Of a stretch of 64,000 bases of DNA, positions 8,464-17,027 are shown piece by piece. Under the pieces are notes generated by a model. The model had not been told where the DNA came from, searched no databases, and worked only from the letters and a program-made list of their open reading frames with translations. The first letter of the stretch is position 1; every line of letters starts with the position of its first letter. Both the position numbers and the translations under genes were made by a program. This DNA comes from Candidatus Moraniibacteriota bacterium (lineage in GTDB: Bacteria > Patescibacteriota > Minisyncoccia > Moranbacterales > UBA9337), in contig JALSQF010000010.1 in NCBI GenBank assembly GCA_026985555.1, positions 161,163 through 225,162 on the forward strand, read 5' to 3'.

Positions 8464-9735
8464 TTATTTATCCACAGCTAATAAATTAACTATTTTATCT
8501 AATTTAATAGCGTGCGAACCTTTAATTAGAACCAAATCTTGAGATTGAATAATCTCTCCAATTTTATCTTCTAATTTTTCTACATCATCAAAAAAAAGCA
8601 CTCTCTTTTTCCATTCTAAAACAACAATAGATGAAGGCAAGTTTTCAAAAGATTTCCTCATTTTTTTACCCACTAAAACAATTAAATCTATATTTAAATC
8701 CATTGCTTTCTGAATTACTTTTCTATGTTCTTGAAGAGAAATTTTACCTAATTCCAACATATCTCCTAAAATAGCTACTCTTCTACGACTAGGTAAATTT
8801 TGTAAAGTTTCTAATCCAGCCAACATTGAAATCGGAGAAGCATTATAACTATCGTCTAGAATATATATATTTTTTATACCTTTTTTAAGTTTCATTCTTC
8901 TCTTAGGAGGAGAAAATTTTTCTATATTTTTAATTATATCCATTAAATTTAATTTAAAAGAAAGCCCCGCACTTATACCAGCTAGAACAAAATAAATCTG
9001 ATGGGTAGCAATAATATTTTTTAAACGAAGAGGAATAATTTTGTTTTGATAATTTAATTTAAAAGAAATTCCATTAATTTTATAGTTTTCTGTATCTGTA
9101 TCTAAATGAATATCGGTAGCTCTTACTTTAGCTTCTGAGGAAAAACCATAGGTAAAAATATTTTTTTCTTCTTTTAATTTTTCATTAATATTAAGATTTT
9201 TTTCCTTGATTTTATTAAAATTTTCTCTAATTAATTTATCATCAATATTAATAATTATACAACCTTGATTTTTAATAACACTATTGATTAATTTATACTT
9301 TTCTTTAATAAGTTGTTTTTGATTTTTAAAAAACTTTATATGACTTAAAGAAATATTAGTTAAAATTCCAACGTCTATAGAAATAAATTTAAGTAAGTAA
9401 TCCATATCATTGGGACGATCTACTGCCATTTCTAAAATTAACACACTGGGATAAGGCCACCACAATAACATAACTAACCATTTAAAAAATATAAATGGAA
9501 AATTATACCAGGAAATATTATTTTTTATCCCTAAAATACTTAAGGGAACACCTATTTCATTATTAAAATTTTTATGACTCTTCCAGACAGAAAAAAAAGA
9601 ATTTAAAACATTAAAAACAGCCTCTTTCGTAGAAGTCTTACCCACAGAACCAGTGATACCAACAATTTTAGGACGATAACGTCTTAAAATTGTTTTTGCC
9701 ATAAATTTTAATATTTTTTCCAATGCTAATCGCAT
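8464..9735 (-). CDS. murF: UDP-N-acetylmuramoyl-tripeptide--D-alanyl-D-alanine ligase MurF, with a ~20-aa hydrophobic insertion
   Basis: 423 aa: GITGSVGKTSTKE (P-loop), NNEIGVPLSIL, LEMAVDRPNDMDYL, DDSYNASPISM, VAILGDMLELG are MurF blocks; dcw-cluster position. The extra segment NFPFIFFKWLVMLLWWPYP precedes the LEMA block. Confidence 0.85.
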   Translation of the reverse strand: MRLALEKILKFMAKTILRRYRPKIVGITGSVGKTSTKEAVFNVLNSFFSVWKSHKNFNNEIGVPLSILGIKNNISWYNFPFIFFKWLVMLLWWPYPSVLILEMAVDRPNDMDYLLKFISIDVGILTNISLSHIKFFKNQKQLIKEKYKLINSVIKNQGCIIINIDDKLIRENFNKIKEKNLNINEKLKEEKNIFTYGFSSEAKVRATDIHLDTDTENYKINGISFKLNYQNKIIPLRLKNIIATHQIYFVLAGISAGLSFKLNLMDIIKNIEKFSPPKRRMKLKKGIKNIYILDDSYNASPISMLAGLETLQNLPSRRRVAILGDMLELGKISLQEHRKVIQKAMDLNIDLIVLVGKKMRKSFENLPSSIVVLEWKKRVLFFDDVEKLEDKIGEIIQSQDLVLIKGSHAIKLDKIVNLLAVDK

Positions 9736-9763
9736 ATATTAATTAAATTTATTAATAACTATA

Positions 9764-11512
9764 TTATTGTTTATCATATTTTAAACTAGGTTTTACTTTA
9801 TAATATTTTAATACAAATTCCATTATTTTAGAAAAGGTAGGCGCCGCGCTAGATTCAGCCCATTGCACATTCTTGGGATTATCTATCTTAACTAAAACAG
9901 CGAAACGCGGATCATTTGTGGGAGCATATCCAACAAAAGTACCAATAAAAGCATCCTCTTTATATCCTTTATCATTCTTTTTAGCTATTTGGGCTGTTCC
10001 CGTCTTTCCTCCTACTAAATAACCTGCCACATCGGCTCTTTTTCCATGTCCATTGGTTACTACTTTTCTTAACATCTCACTAATTAATCTTGAAGTTTCA
10101 TCAGTAATCACTTGTTTTCTAAATTCCGGTTGTATTATTTCTATTTTTCCATTAGGATAAATAATCTTATCAATAATTTGAGGTTTCATCAGTTTTCCAT
10201 GATTTGCTAAAGTAGCATAAGCCATAATTAATTGAAGAGGAGTTATAGCTATTCCTTGACCAAAAGAAGCGGTATAAAAATTAATGTCTCTTTTTAAATA
10301 ATTTAAATTGTTCAAATTTCCTTTCAATTCTCCTGGAAGTTCTATTCCTGTTTTTTTTCCAAAACCAAAATCTTTAAGATATTCTAAAAAAGTTTTGTTG
10401 CCTATTAATTTTTCTACGAAAATTGAACCTGTATTAAGAGATTTCTCTAGTACTTCTGTCATAGTTTGTTTACCATGAGATTTTTCGTCAGAATTTTTAA
10501 TAGTATACCCTGATTTAAAAACTGATCCAGTGTCTATATAAGTAGTCTGTGGGCTGATTTTTTTTGTATCTAAACCTATGGCTAAAGTAATACTTTTAAA
10601 AACTGATCCTGCTTCATAAGCCTCACTAACAGCTGGATTAAGAAAAAGTTTCATATCTGTAACCTGATTATATTGATTGGGATTAAAATTAGGAAAATTA
10701 GCTAAAGCTAAAATTTTACCCGTTCGCACATCTACTACAATAGCTGTTCCCTTATCTGCTTGATATTTTTCTATAGATTCCTGAAGTACTTTTTCAGTTT
10801 CATATTGAATAGTCCTTTCTATAGTAGTAATTAAATTTACACCATTTTCTGCTTTTTTAATTTTTCTATCACTTAAAGAAATCCAACGTCCCGCAGCGTC
10901 TTTTTCTTGAAAAAGAGAGCCTGGTTTTCCCTTTAATTCCTTTTCCCAATAAGCTTCTAATCCATAACATCCTACTTGAGTTTTATCTCCTTTATTTCCA
11001 ACATAACCAACTACCTGCGAAGCTAATTGTTGACCTGGGTAATAACGAAAATTTTCATTCATTAAATGGACACCTTTTAATTTAGCTCGTTTTATTTTTT
11101 CTATTTCATCTGAATTTAAACGATGCTTGCATATTTTAAAGAAACTATTTTTATCAGAAATTTTATTTTTAATAGTTTCTTTTTTTAGATTTAAAATGGA
11201 ACTAAGCATAAAAATCACCTTGTCTTCATCTTCAATTTCTCTTGGCACCAAATAAACCATTTTATACTCTCTATTAATAGCTAATGGATAGAGTTTATCC
11301 TTATCTTTTAAAAATATTTTTCCTCTATTTGGCAATAATTCTTGAAAAACCTGATATTGATTTTGTGCTAAAGCATGATAAGTTTGATAACTTAAAACTT
11401 GTAAAAAATATAACCTACTTAAAATAAAACCGGTTATTAAAAAAAATAAAAAAGCTAAAAAATAAATTCTTCCTTTAACATTTTTCTTTTGACGTTTATT
11501 TATAATTGACAT
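9764..11512 (-). CDS. ftsI: Peptidoglycan D,D-transpeptidase FtsI / PBP2-class penicillin-binding protein
   Basis: 582 aa: N-terminal TM anchor, SVFKS (SxxK active site), SxN region and KTGTA motif; follows ftsL in the dcw cluster. Confidence 0.85.
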   Translation of the reverse strand: MSIINKRQKKNVKGRIYFLAFLFFLITGFILSRLYFLQVLSYQTYHALAQNQYQVFQELLPNRGKIFLKDKDKLYPLAINREYKMVYLVPREIEDEDKVIFMLSSILNLKKETIKNKISDKNSFFKICKHRLNSDEIEKIKRAKLKGVHLMNENFRYYPGQQLASQVVGYVGNKGDKTQVGCYGLEAYWEKELKGKPGSLFQEKDAAGRWISLSDRKIKKAENGVNLITTIERTIQYETEKVLQESIEKYQADKGTAIVVDVRTGKILALANFPNFNPNQYNQVTDMKLFLNPAVSEAYEAGSVFKSITLAIGLDTKKISPQTTYIDTGSVFKSGYTIKNSDEKSHGKQTMTEVLEKSLNTGSIFVEKLIGNKTFLEYLKDFGFGKKTGIELPGELKGNLNNLNYLKRDINFYTASFGQGIAITPLQLIMAYATLANHGKLMKPQIIDKIIYPNGKIEIIQPEFRKQVITDETSRLISEMLRKVVTNGHGKRADVAGYLVGGKTGTAQIAKKNDKGYKEDAFIGTFVGYAPTNDPRFAVLVKIDNPKNVQWAESSAAPTFSKIMEFVLKYYKVKPSLKYDKQ

Positions 11513-11577
11513 AAAAGCAAAAATTTATTTTTCATCATTAGCATAAAATAATTGATTAAAAATAAATTATAAAAATA

Positions 11578-11877
11578 TTATTTTCTGTAAGCAATTGCTT
11601 TCTTGTCGTTTAAATAAACAATTTCTTCTATTTTTTCCATTCCTTTATTCTTAACCTCTTCTTCAATTCTGTAAAGAGAAGTTAGTTCCGCTTTTTTAAT
11701 TTCTAATGTTTCGTTTTCTTTTTGCAAATTAGTGATTTTATTTTCCTTTTCTCTTATTTTGTATCCCTGAATAGCAGTAGCGTTAATTACGTAAAGATAA
11801 AATGCTCCTGAGAAGACAAAAAACATCATTATCAATGATTTTATACTTAAAATATTTCTTTTTTTTAATCTTTTCAT
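11578..11877 (-). CDS. ftsL: Cell division protein FtsL-like (small bitopic coiled-coil protein)
   Basis: 99 aa with one TM helix followed by a coiled coil (NLQKENETLEIKKAELTS); located between rsmH and ftsI as in canonical dcw clusters. Confidence 0.5.
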   Translation of the reverse strand: MKRLKKRNILSIKSLIMMFFVFSGAFYLYVINATAIQGYKIREKENKITNLQKENETLEIKKAELTSLYRIEEEVKNKGMEKIEEIVYLNDKKAIAYRK

Positions 11878-11895
11878 TTTTTTATATAAAAATTT

Positions 11896-12831
11896 TTAAA
11901 TTTTTTCTACTAATCTTAATTTGGCGCTGCGGGCACGAAAATTATTCTCAACTTCTTTTTCAGAAGAAACAATCGGCTTTGAATTAATAATTTTTACTTT
12001 TGACGTATGCCCGCAACGACAAACGGGAAAATTTTCAGGACAAATACATCCCCTTGCATTTTCCTGAAATATTTTTTTAACTAACTTATCTTCTCCAGAA
12101 TGAAAACTTACAACACCTAACCTTCCTCCTTTTTTTAATCTATCAATGGATATTTCTAAAAATTTTTTTAAATCTTCCAATTCATGATTAACTTCTATGC
12201 GAAGAGCTTGAAAAGTTCTCGTAGCCCAATGAATTCTAAAATTTTTTTGTTGATTTTTTTGAGGAATTGATTTTTGAATAATCAGCATTAAATCTCCTAC
12301 TGTTTTTATTTTTTTCTTTTGGCGAGTTCTGACAATATTTTTTGCAATATTTCGGCTAAAATATTCATTTCCATATTCCCAAAATATTTTTTTTAATTGT
12401 GTTTCTGTATAAGAATTTATTACCTGTTCAGCAGTTAATTTTTGAGAGTAATTCATTCTCATATCTAAGGGTGCATCTTCATACTTATAACTAAAACCTC
12501 TTTCTTTACTTTCTAATTGATCGGATGATACTCCTAAATCAGCTACTATATTATTTACTTTTTTAATTGTTAAACTAGCTAATATTTTATCTAAATTACT
12601 AAAACTATCTTGAAATAAAAATACGTTTCTCTGTTTTTTGATTTTTTTCTTAAAATTATCAATAGCTAAGATGTCTTTATCTATAGCTATTAATTTTCCC
12701 TTTGGTCCTATTTTATTTAAAATAACTTTACTATAAGATCCTCCTCCTAATGTAGCATCTACTACTATGGCATTTTTATTTATTTTTAATTTTTGAATTA
12801 TTTCTTTTAATAAAACTGGCTTATGAATCAT
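11896..12831 (-). CDS. rsmH: 16S rRNA (cytosine1402-N4)-methyltransferase RsmH (MraW)
   Basis: 311 aa: HKPVLLKE...VDATLGGGSYS...ADLGVSSDQL...GFSYKYEDAPLDMRM...SFHSGEDKLVK are RsmH signatures. Confidence 0.9.
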   Translation of the reverse strand: MIHKPVLLKEIIQKLKINKNAIVVDATLGGGSYSKVILNKIGPKGKLIAIDKDILAIDNFKKKIKKQRNVFLFQDSFSNLDKILASLTIKKVNNIVADLGVSSDQLESKERGFSYKYEDAPLDMRMNYSQKLTAEQVINSYTETQLKKIFWEYGNEYFSRNIAKNIVRTRQKKKIKTVGDLMLIIQKSIPQKNQQKNFRIHWATRTFQALRIEVNHELEDLKKFLEISIDRLKKGGRLGVVSFHSGEDKLVKKIFQENARGCICPENFPVCRCGHTSKVKIINSKPIVSSEKEVENNFRARSAKLRLVEKI

Positions 12832-12859
12832 TTTTAATGCTACCCCTCGTATAATTTAA

Positions 12860-13294
12860 TTAGTAAACACCTAATTTTCCTAATTGTTCTGCAATGCTAT
12901 CTGTGTTTTTTTCAGCTTTAGACTTATACTGAGTCCATCTTTTTTCATCCCAAATTTCTAAACGATTATATAAACCAGCCACACTAACATCTTTTTTTAA
13001 TCCGGCATATTCTTTTAAATAATCAGGAATTAAAATTCTTCCTTGTTTATCAATTTCTACATCTGTTGCTCCGGCTAACATTAATCTTACAAAACTTCTT
13101 GTTCCTGATTCTCCCATAGGCATTGCTCCAAATTTTTCAGCTAATTTTTCCCAAGTTCTTAGCGGATAAAGAAATAAACATTTATCTAATCCTCTAGTAA
13201 TTACAACTCTATTTCCTAGTTCACCACGAAATTTACTTGGCACAGCCAATCTTTTTTTAGTATCAATAGAATGCTGATATTCTCCTATGAACAT
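12860..13294 (-). CDS. mraZ: Transcriptional regulator MraZ
   Basis: 144 aa: MFIGEYQHSIDTKKRLAVPSKFR ... duplicated SpoVT/AbrB-like halves (DKQGRILIP); first gene of the dcw cluster. Confidence 0.9.
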   Translation of the reverse strand: MFIGEYQHSIDTKKRLAVPSKFRGELGNRVVITRGLDKCLFLYPLRTWEKLAEKFGAMPMGESGTRSFVRLMLAGATDVEIDKQGRILIPDYLKEYAGLKKDVSVAGLYNRLEIWDEKRWTQYKSKAEKNTDSIAEQLGKLGVY

Positions 13295-13319
13295 AAACTA
13301 AAAACTTATTTTGAAATCC

Positions 13320-13380
13320 ACTTATCCCCACTTCTTAACACCACACTATCATTTTACACCACCAAGCTATCTTTTGTCAA
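13320..13380 (-). promoter_or_regulatory. Putative mraZ promoter (TTGACA-18nt-TAAAAT) with a downstream array of four GTGG(T/G) boxes (candidate MraZ operator)
   Basis: Minus-strand reading: TTGACAaaagatagcttGGTGGTGTAAAATgataGTGTGGTGttaagaaGTGGGGataaGTGGAtt, ending ~25 nt before the mraZ ATG. -35 = 13375-13380, -10 = 13351-13356. MraZ proteins bind direct GTGG(G/T) repeats. Confidence 0.45.
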
Positions 13381-13398
13381 CACTTTTTATCCACAATA

Positions 13399-13431
13399 AA
13401 AAAACAGCTTTCAAAGCTGTTTTTTTATTGT
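13399..13431. terminator. Bidirectional rho-independent terminator-like hairpin (aacagctttcaaagctgtt flanked by A/T runs)
   Basis: Perfect 8-bp stem with 3-nt loop, a T-run on the + side and an A-run upstream (T-run on minus); lies between the KH gene and the mraZ promoter. Confidence 0.5.
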
Positions 13432-13456
13432 TTTGTCTTTATAAAAAGATAATTGA

Positions 13457-13816
13457 TTACATTTTATTAATATCTTCTACAACTTCGTCAATACTCTTTT
13501 TTTCTTCTGTTGTAGAACTAGTTGCACTTTCTTTGTTATCTCTACGTGAAGATCTTTCAGAACCTTCTGGTTCATTAATTTTCAAATTAACACGAGCATT
13601 GTTACGCGCTCCAATTACTCTTAGAAGAGTTCTTAACGCTTTAGCTGTAGCGCCTTCACGCCCAATAACCATTCCCATATCTTTTGGATTAACATCCAAG
13701 GTGATAAGGACACCCATTTCGTCAATTTTCCTTTCAACTTTTACGTCTTCAGGATGATCTACGAGCATTTTTACTATTTGCTCAACAAACTCTTTATCTT
13801 GTGTTTGTTCTGACAT
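13457..13816 (-). CDS. KH-domain RNA-binding protein (KhpA/YlqC-like)
   Basis: 119 aa: MGMVIGREGATAKALRTLLRVIG carries the GxxG KH core; acidic/Ser-rich tail. Confidence 0.7.
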   Translation of the reverse strand: MSEQTQDKEFVEQIVKMLVDHPEDVKVERKIDEMGVLITLDVNPKDMGMVIGREGATAKALRTLLRVIGARNNARVNLKINEPEGSERSSRRDNKESATSSTTEEKKSIDEVVEDINKM

Positions 13817-14087
13817 AACTTTTTACTTGATTTACTGATTAATTAACAAAAATGAGAATAAAAAATGCGACTTCATCTTTCTCTCATTTTCATAATATAA
13901 TTATAAATTGTTTTTTATAATTGTCAACTATATTTTATTTATTAATATATTATAATTATTTTTACTTCTTACTCTAGTTTATTTTAAAAAATTTTTTCTT
14001 TCTTGCTAAAATAATATTAACTAGACAATAATTTTTTTTATTTTATAATTAGAAAACGACAATAAGAAAATTAAAATAAAACATATT

Positions 14088-15584
14088 ATGTCAACAAATA
14101 TAATCAAAATAAATCCTCATCTTCAGAAATTTCAATCAGAAAAAATGAGAGTTCCTGTGTTTTTTCATACTTCTGATAATCTTTTACCTAATAAAGAAAC
14201 TTTTCAACAATTAGAAATACTAGCTCAAGACAACAGGCTTTTTCACCATATAGCCGCTATGAGTGATGTTCATCCTAAAAAAGGACGCAAAAATCCCACA
14301 GGAACAATTGTCGCTAGTGAAAATTATATTTTTCCTCAAATTAATGATACAGCTCCTAATTGTGGAATGCGATTCTTAAGAACTGATTTTAATACAAAAA
14401 ATTTAAAAGAAAAAGATATTGATAACCTATTTCAAGAACTAGTAAAAGTTATTCCTACTAAAAAATATATTGGAACAAAACTCTCTTATCGTATGGTTTT
14501 AGATATTGCTAAATATGGATCTCGTCCTTGGATTGAAAAATTTAAACCAGCTATAAAAAATGAAATAGAAAATACTTTTGAACAAGGAAATTTAGTTACA
14601 CAAAAAAGTATAACCGATCAAGATCTTTTTAATGCTATACCTAAACTTTTTCTTTGGATTGCTAAATATAGATCAGGAATTTTAGGCGCAGCTGGCAATC
14701 ATTTTTTAGATTTAATGAAAATTACTGAAATTAAAAATAATGAAATCGCTAGTAAATTCAATCTAGAAAAAGATCAGTGTATATTTTTAATGCATACTGG
14801 ATCTGGATTATTAGGACAATATGCTTCTTATATGTATACACCTAAAATGAAAGAACATTTTTCTCAAAAAATAATGTTAGAATTAGGAAAATTATTTACT
14901 TTTAGTAGTCGCTATAAAAATATCTACAAAAAATTAGCTCTTCAAATTAAAAAATATCAAAATAAAACAAATTTTTGGGCTTATAAAGAAGAAAGTTTAG
15001 AAGGAAGATTATTTTTAACAGCTCATCAAGCTTCCGGAAATTTTGGATTTATCAATAGAACTATTCTCACACATCATTTAGATTTAGCTATAAAAAAAAT
15101 GTTAAAACGTTCAGCTAATTTAGATTTACTTTATGACATGCCTCATATCTCTAATATTAAAGAAAATCATTTTGGAAAAGAAGTTTGGATTCATCGCAAT
15201 GGCACCACAAGAGCTTTTGGTCCCCAAAGAATGCAAAAAAAACATCCTCTCTTTTCTCAAACTGGAGAACCAGTTTTTATACCTTCCTCTATGAGTACTC
15301 CGGCTTATCTGGGAGTTGGAACTGATTATAATGAAACTTCTTTTTTTTCTGCTTCTCACGGAACCGGAAGACGAACTCAAGCTAAAGGAGCTAAAAACAA
15401 AAAAGAACTTTTCGAAAAAATGAAAAAACAACATGTCCGTCTATATAATGCTCAGTCTAAAGGAGTTGTTTTGCAAGATAGCTCTTATTATAAAGACGTA
15501 GAAGAAGTTATTACAGGAATGGAAGCTAATCAAATTGTAAAAACAGTAATTAAAATGCAACCTGTAGCAGTATTAATGTATTAA
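14088..15584 (+). CDS. rtcB: RtcB-family RNA 3'-phosphate/5'-OH ligase (divergent, 498 aa)
   Basis: Matches RtcB catalytic blocks: AAMSDVHPKKG (cf. MPDVHxGxG), APNCGMRF (metal site), AAGNHFLDL (GNHF), MHTGSGLLG, SASHGTGR (cf. HGAGR). Confidence 0.75.
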   Translation: MSTNIIKINPHLQKFQSEKMRVPVFFHTSDNLLPNKETFQQLEILAQDNRLFHHIAAMSDVHPKKGRKNPTGTIVASENYIFPQINDTAPNCGMRFLRTDFNTKNLKEKDIDNLFQELVKVIPTKKYIGTKLSYRMVLDIAKYGSRPWIEKFKPAIKNEIENTFEQGNLVTQKSITDQDLFNAIPKLFLWIAKYRSGILGAAGNHFLDLMKITEIKNNEIASKFNLEKDQCIFLMHTGSGLLGQYASYMYTPKMKEHFSQKIMLELGKLFTFSSRYKNIYKKLALQIKKYQNKTNFWAYKEESLEGRLFLTAHQASGNFGFINRTILTHHLDLAIKKMLKRSANLDLLYDMPHISNIKENHFGKEVWIHRNGTTRAFGPQRMQKKHPLFSQTGEPVFIPSSMSTPAYLGVGTDYNETSFFSASHGTGRRTQAKGAKNKKELFEKMKKQHVRLYNAQSKGVVLQDSSYYKDVEEVITGMEANQIVKTVIKMQPVAVLMY

Positions 15585-15588
15585 ATAA

Positions 15589-16197
15589 ATGCAAATAATT
15601 TCTATTTCTGGTCTAGATGGATCAGGTAAATCAACTCAAATTAAACTTTTAAAAAATTATTTAGAAAACCATCAAAAAAAGGTTTTTTACCTTCATGCTC
15701 TAGATTATTCTCTGAGTAACAAAATTTTATTTTGGAAACATCACAAAAACAAAAAAAGAGATAAAGGCATCACTCAGAGCAAAAATTGGCAAATTTGGTT
15801 ACGTCAAATGATTTTTTATTTAGATATTTTAAGATTTAAATTACTACTTAAAAAATTAAAGCTTTTACAATATGATTATATTTTATCTGATCGTTTTTTC
15901 ACAGATAATTGGATTAATATAGCTTACTTAAAAAAAGAAAAAAATTTTTTAAGAAAACAAAAAAATATTTTTTCTTTTTCCGTTCCCTTTTTTAATTTTT
16001 ATTTAAAAGTAGATCCTTTAATTATTATGAAACGCTCTCGTCAACCTCAACAAGGTATAAATTATTTACAAAATAAAGAAATTTATTACAATCTTTTTTT
16101 TCAAAACCTTAACTTTGCAAATACTTTCATAATTAACGGAGAAAAAAGAAAAGAAAAAATATTTTTAGAAATAAGACAAAAATTAAAATTAAACTAA
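15589..16197 (+). CDS. P-loop nucleotide kinase, thymidylate-kinase-like (divergent)
   Basis: 202 aa: ISISGLDGSGKSTQ fits the Tmk-type P-loop (GxDGxGKST); a DRF motif (SDRFFTD) resembles Tmk DRY. The rest is diverged (no REPGGT), so substrate is unknown. Separated from rtcB by only 4 nt. Confidence 0.5.
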   Translation: MQIISISGLDGSGKSTQIKLLKNYLENHQKKVFYLHALDYSLSNKILFWKHHKNKKRDKGITQSKNWQIWLRQMIFYLDILRFKLLLKKLKLLQYDYILSDRFFTDNWINIAYLKKEKNFLRKQKNIFSFSVPFFNFYLKVDPLIIMKRSRQPQQGINYLQNKEIYYNLFFQNLNFANTFIINGEKRKEKIFLEIRQKLKLN

Positions 16198-16223
16198 TAA
16201 AAAATTCAAACACAAATAAAAAA

Positions 16224-16265
16224 AGCGTTTATTGTTATATGTTTAAACATATAACAATAAACGCT
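16224..16265. terminator. Perfect 21+21 bp palindrome (agcgtttattgttatatgttt/aaacatataacaataaacgct) acting as bidirectional terminator between convergent genes
   Basis: Preceded by AAAAAAA (a T-run for the minus-strand transcript) and followed by gatcgttttc; sits between the + kinase gene and the minus 101-aa gene. Confidence 0.55.
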
Positions 16266-16274
16266 GATCGTTTT

Positions 16275-16580
16275 CTATAAATTTCCTGCCGCAGAAGCAA
16301 GTGTAGCATTTAACTTACATCTAAAATCTTTTTCTTCCCGTTCTCTCTGATTTTTTATTTCAGAAAGAACTCCTATATTAAAAATTATTCTCCCCCCTTC
16401 TCCGGCTAAAACACAGGCTAAATCTAGGCTAATCCCACCTGTGTTAGTAGAAAAATATTTATAAAGGTCTTTAATAATTACTTCATTTAATCCCGTTGGG
16501 TTATTTTTTTTGAAATCTCCAAACCAAAGAGACTTCTCCATTATTTTTTTAAAATCGCTAAAAAATATAATTTGTCCCAT
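16275..16580 (-). CDS. Hypothetical protein (101 aa)
   Basis: ORF in tandem with the next small gene; contains ISLDLACVLAGEGG; no family recognised. Confidence 0.4.
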   Translation of the reverse strand: MGQIIFFSDFKKIMEKSLWFGDFKKNNPTGLNEVIIKDLYKYFSTNTGGISLDLACVLAGEGGRIIFNIGVLSEIKNQREREEKDFRCKLNATLASAAGNL

Positions 16581-16613
16581 TTCTTTCTCCTCCTGTTTTT
16601 TAATTTTATTTTT

Positions 16614-16907
16614 TTATATACTTACTATTTTTATTTTTATTTCTCCATTTTCTTTTTTTTGTTGATATATCTTTATTTTGAAAAAAGAATTACTTTTTGA
16701 AATTAAAAAAGAAACGTTCGTTAAAACTTCTATTTTTTCTGATGTAATTATATTGTCATCCATCAGAAAAACATTCCAAACAAAATATGGATTATCCATA
16801 TTAGCATAAACAATAAACAAAGATTCCCCAGAAACACTATAAATTCTGTTTAATATCAGAAAATCATCGTAAATAACCCTACCTTTATTGTTGTCATTTT
16901 TTTTCAT
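16614..16907 (-). CDS. Hypothetical protein (97 aa)
   Basis: ORF 33 nt upstream of 16275-16580 on the same strand; no family recognised. Confidence 0.4.
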   Translation of the reverse strand: MKKNDNNKGRVIYDDFLILNRIYSVSGESLFIVYANMDNPYFVWNVFLMDDNIITSEKIEVLTNVSFLISKSNSFFKIKIYQQKKENGEIKIKIVSI

Positions 16908-17027
16908 TTTCCCCTCCTTAATTTCTATCTAAAAATATTTAATAAACTAATCATTCTCACTTTTTTGTGCTACAATATATTTATATTGTTAAATAACTAA
17001 TGTTTTAAGTTAACATAAAAAATTTTT

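Noticed and set aside
13311-13757. Plus-strand ORF (148 aa) overlapping the KH-domain gene
   Set aside because: Antisense to a well-supported KH-domain gene. Low-complexity Ser/Leu-rich product.
15126-15434. Minus-strand ORF (102 aa) inside rtcB
   Set aside because: Antisense to rtcB; no conserved features.
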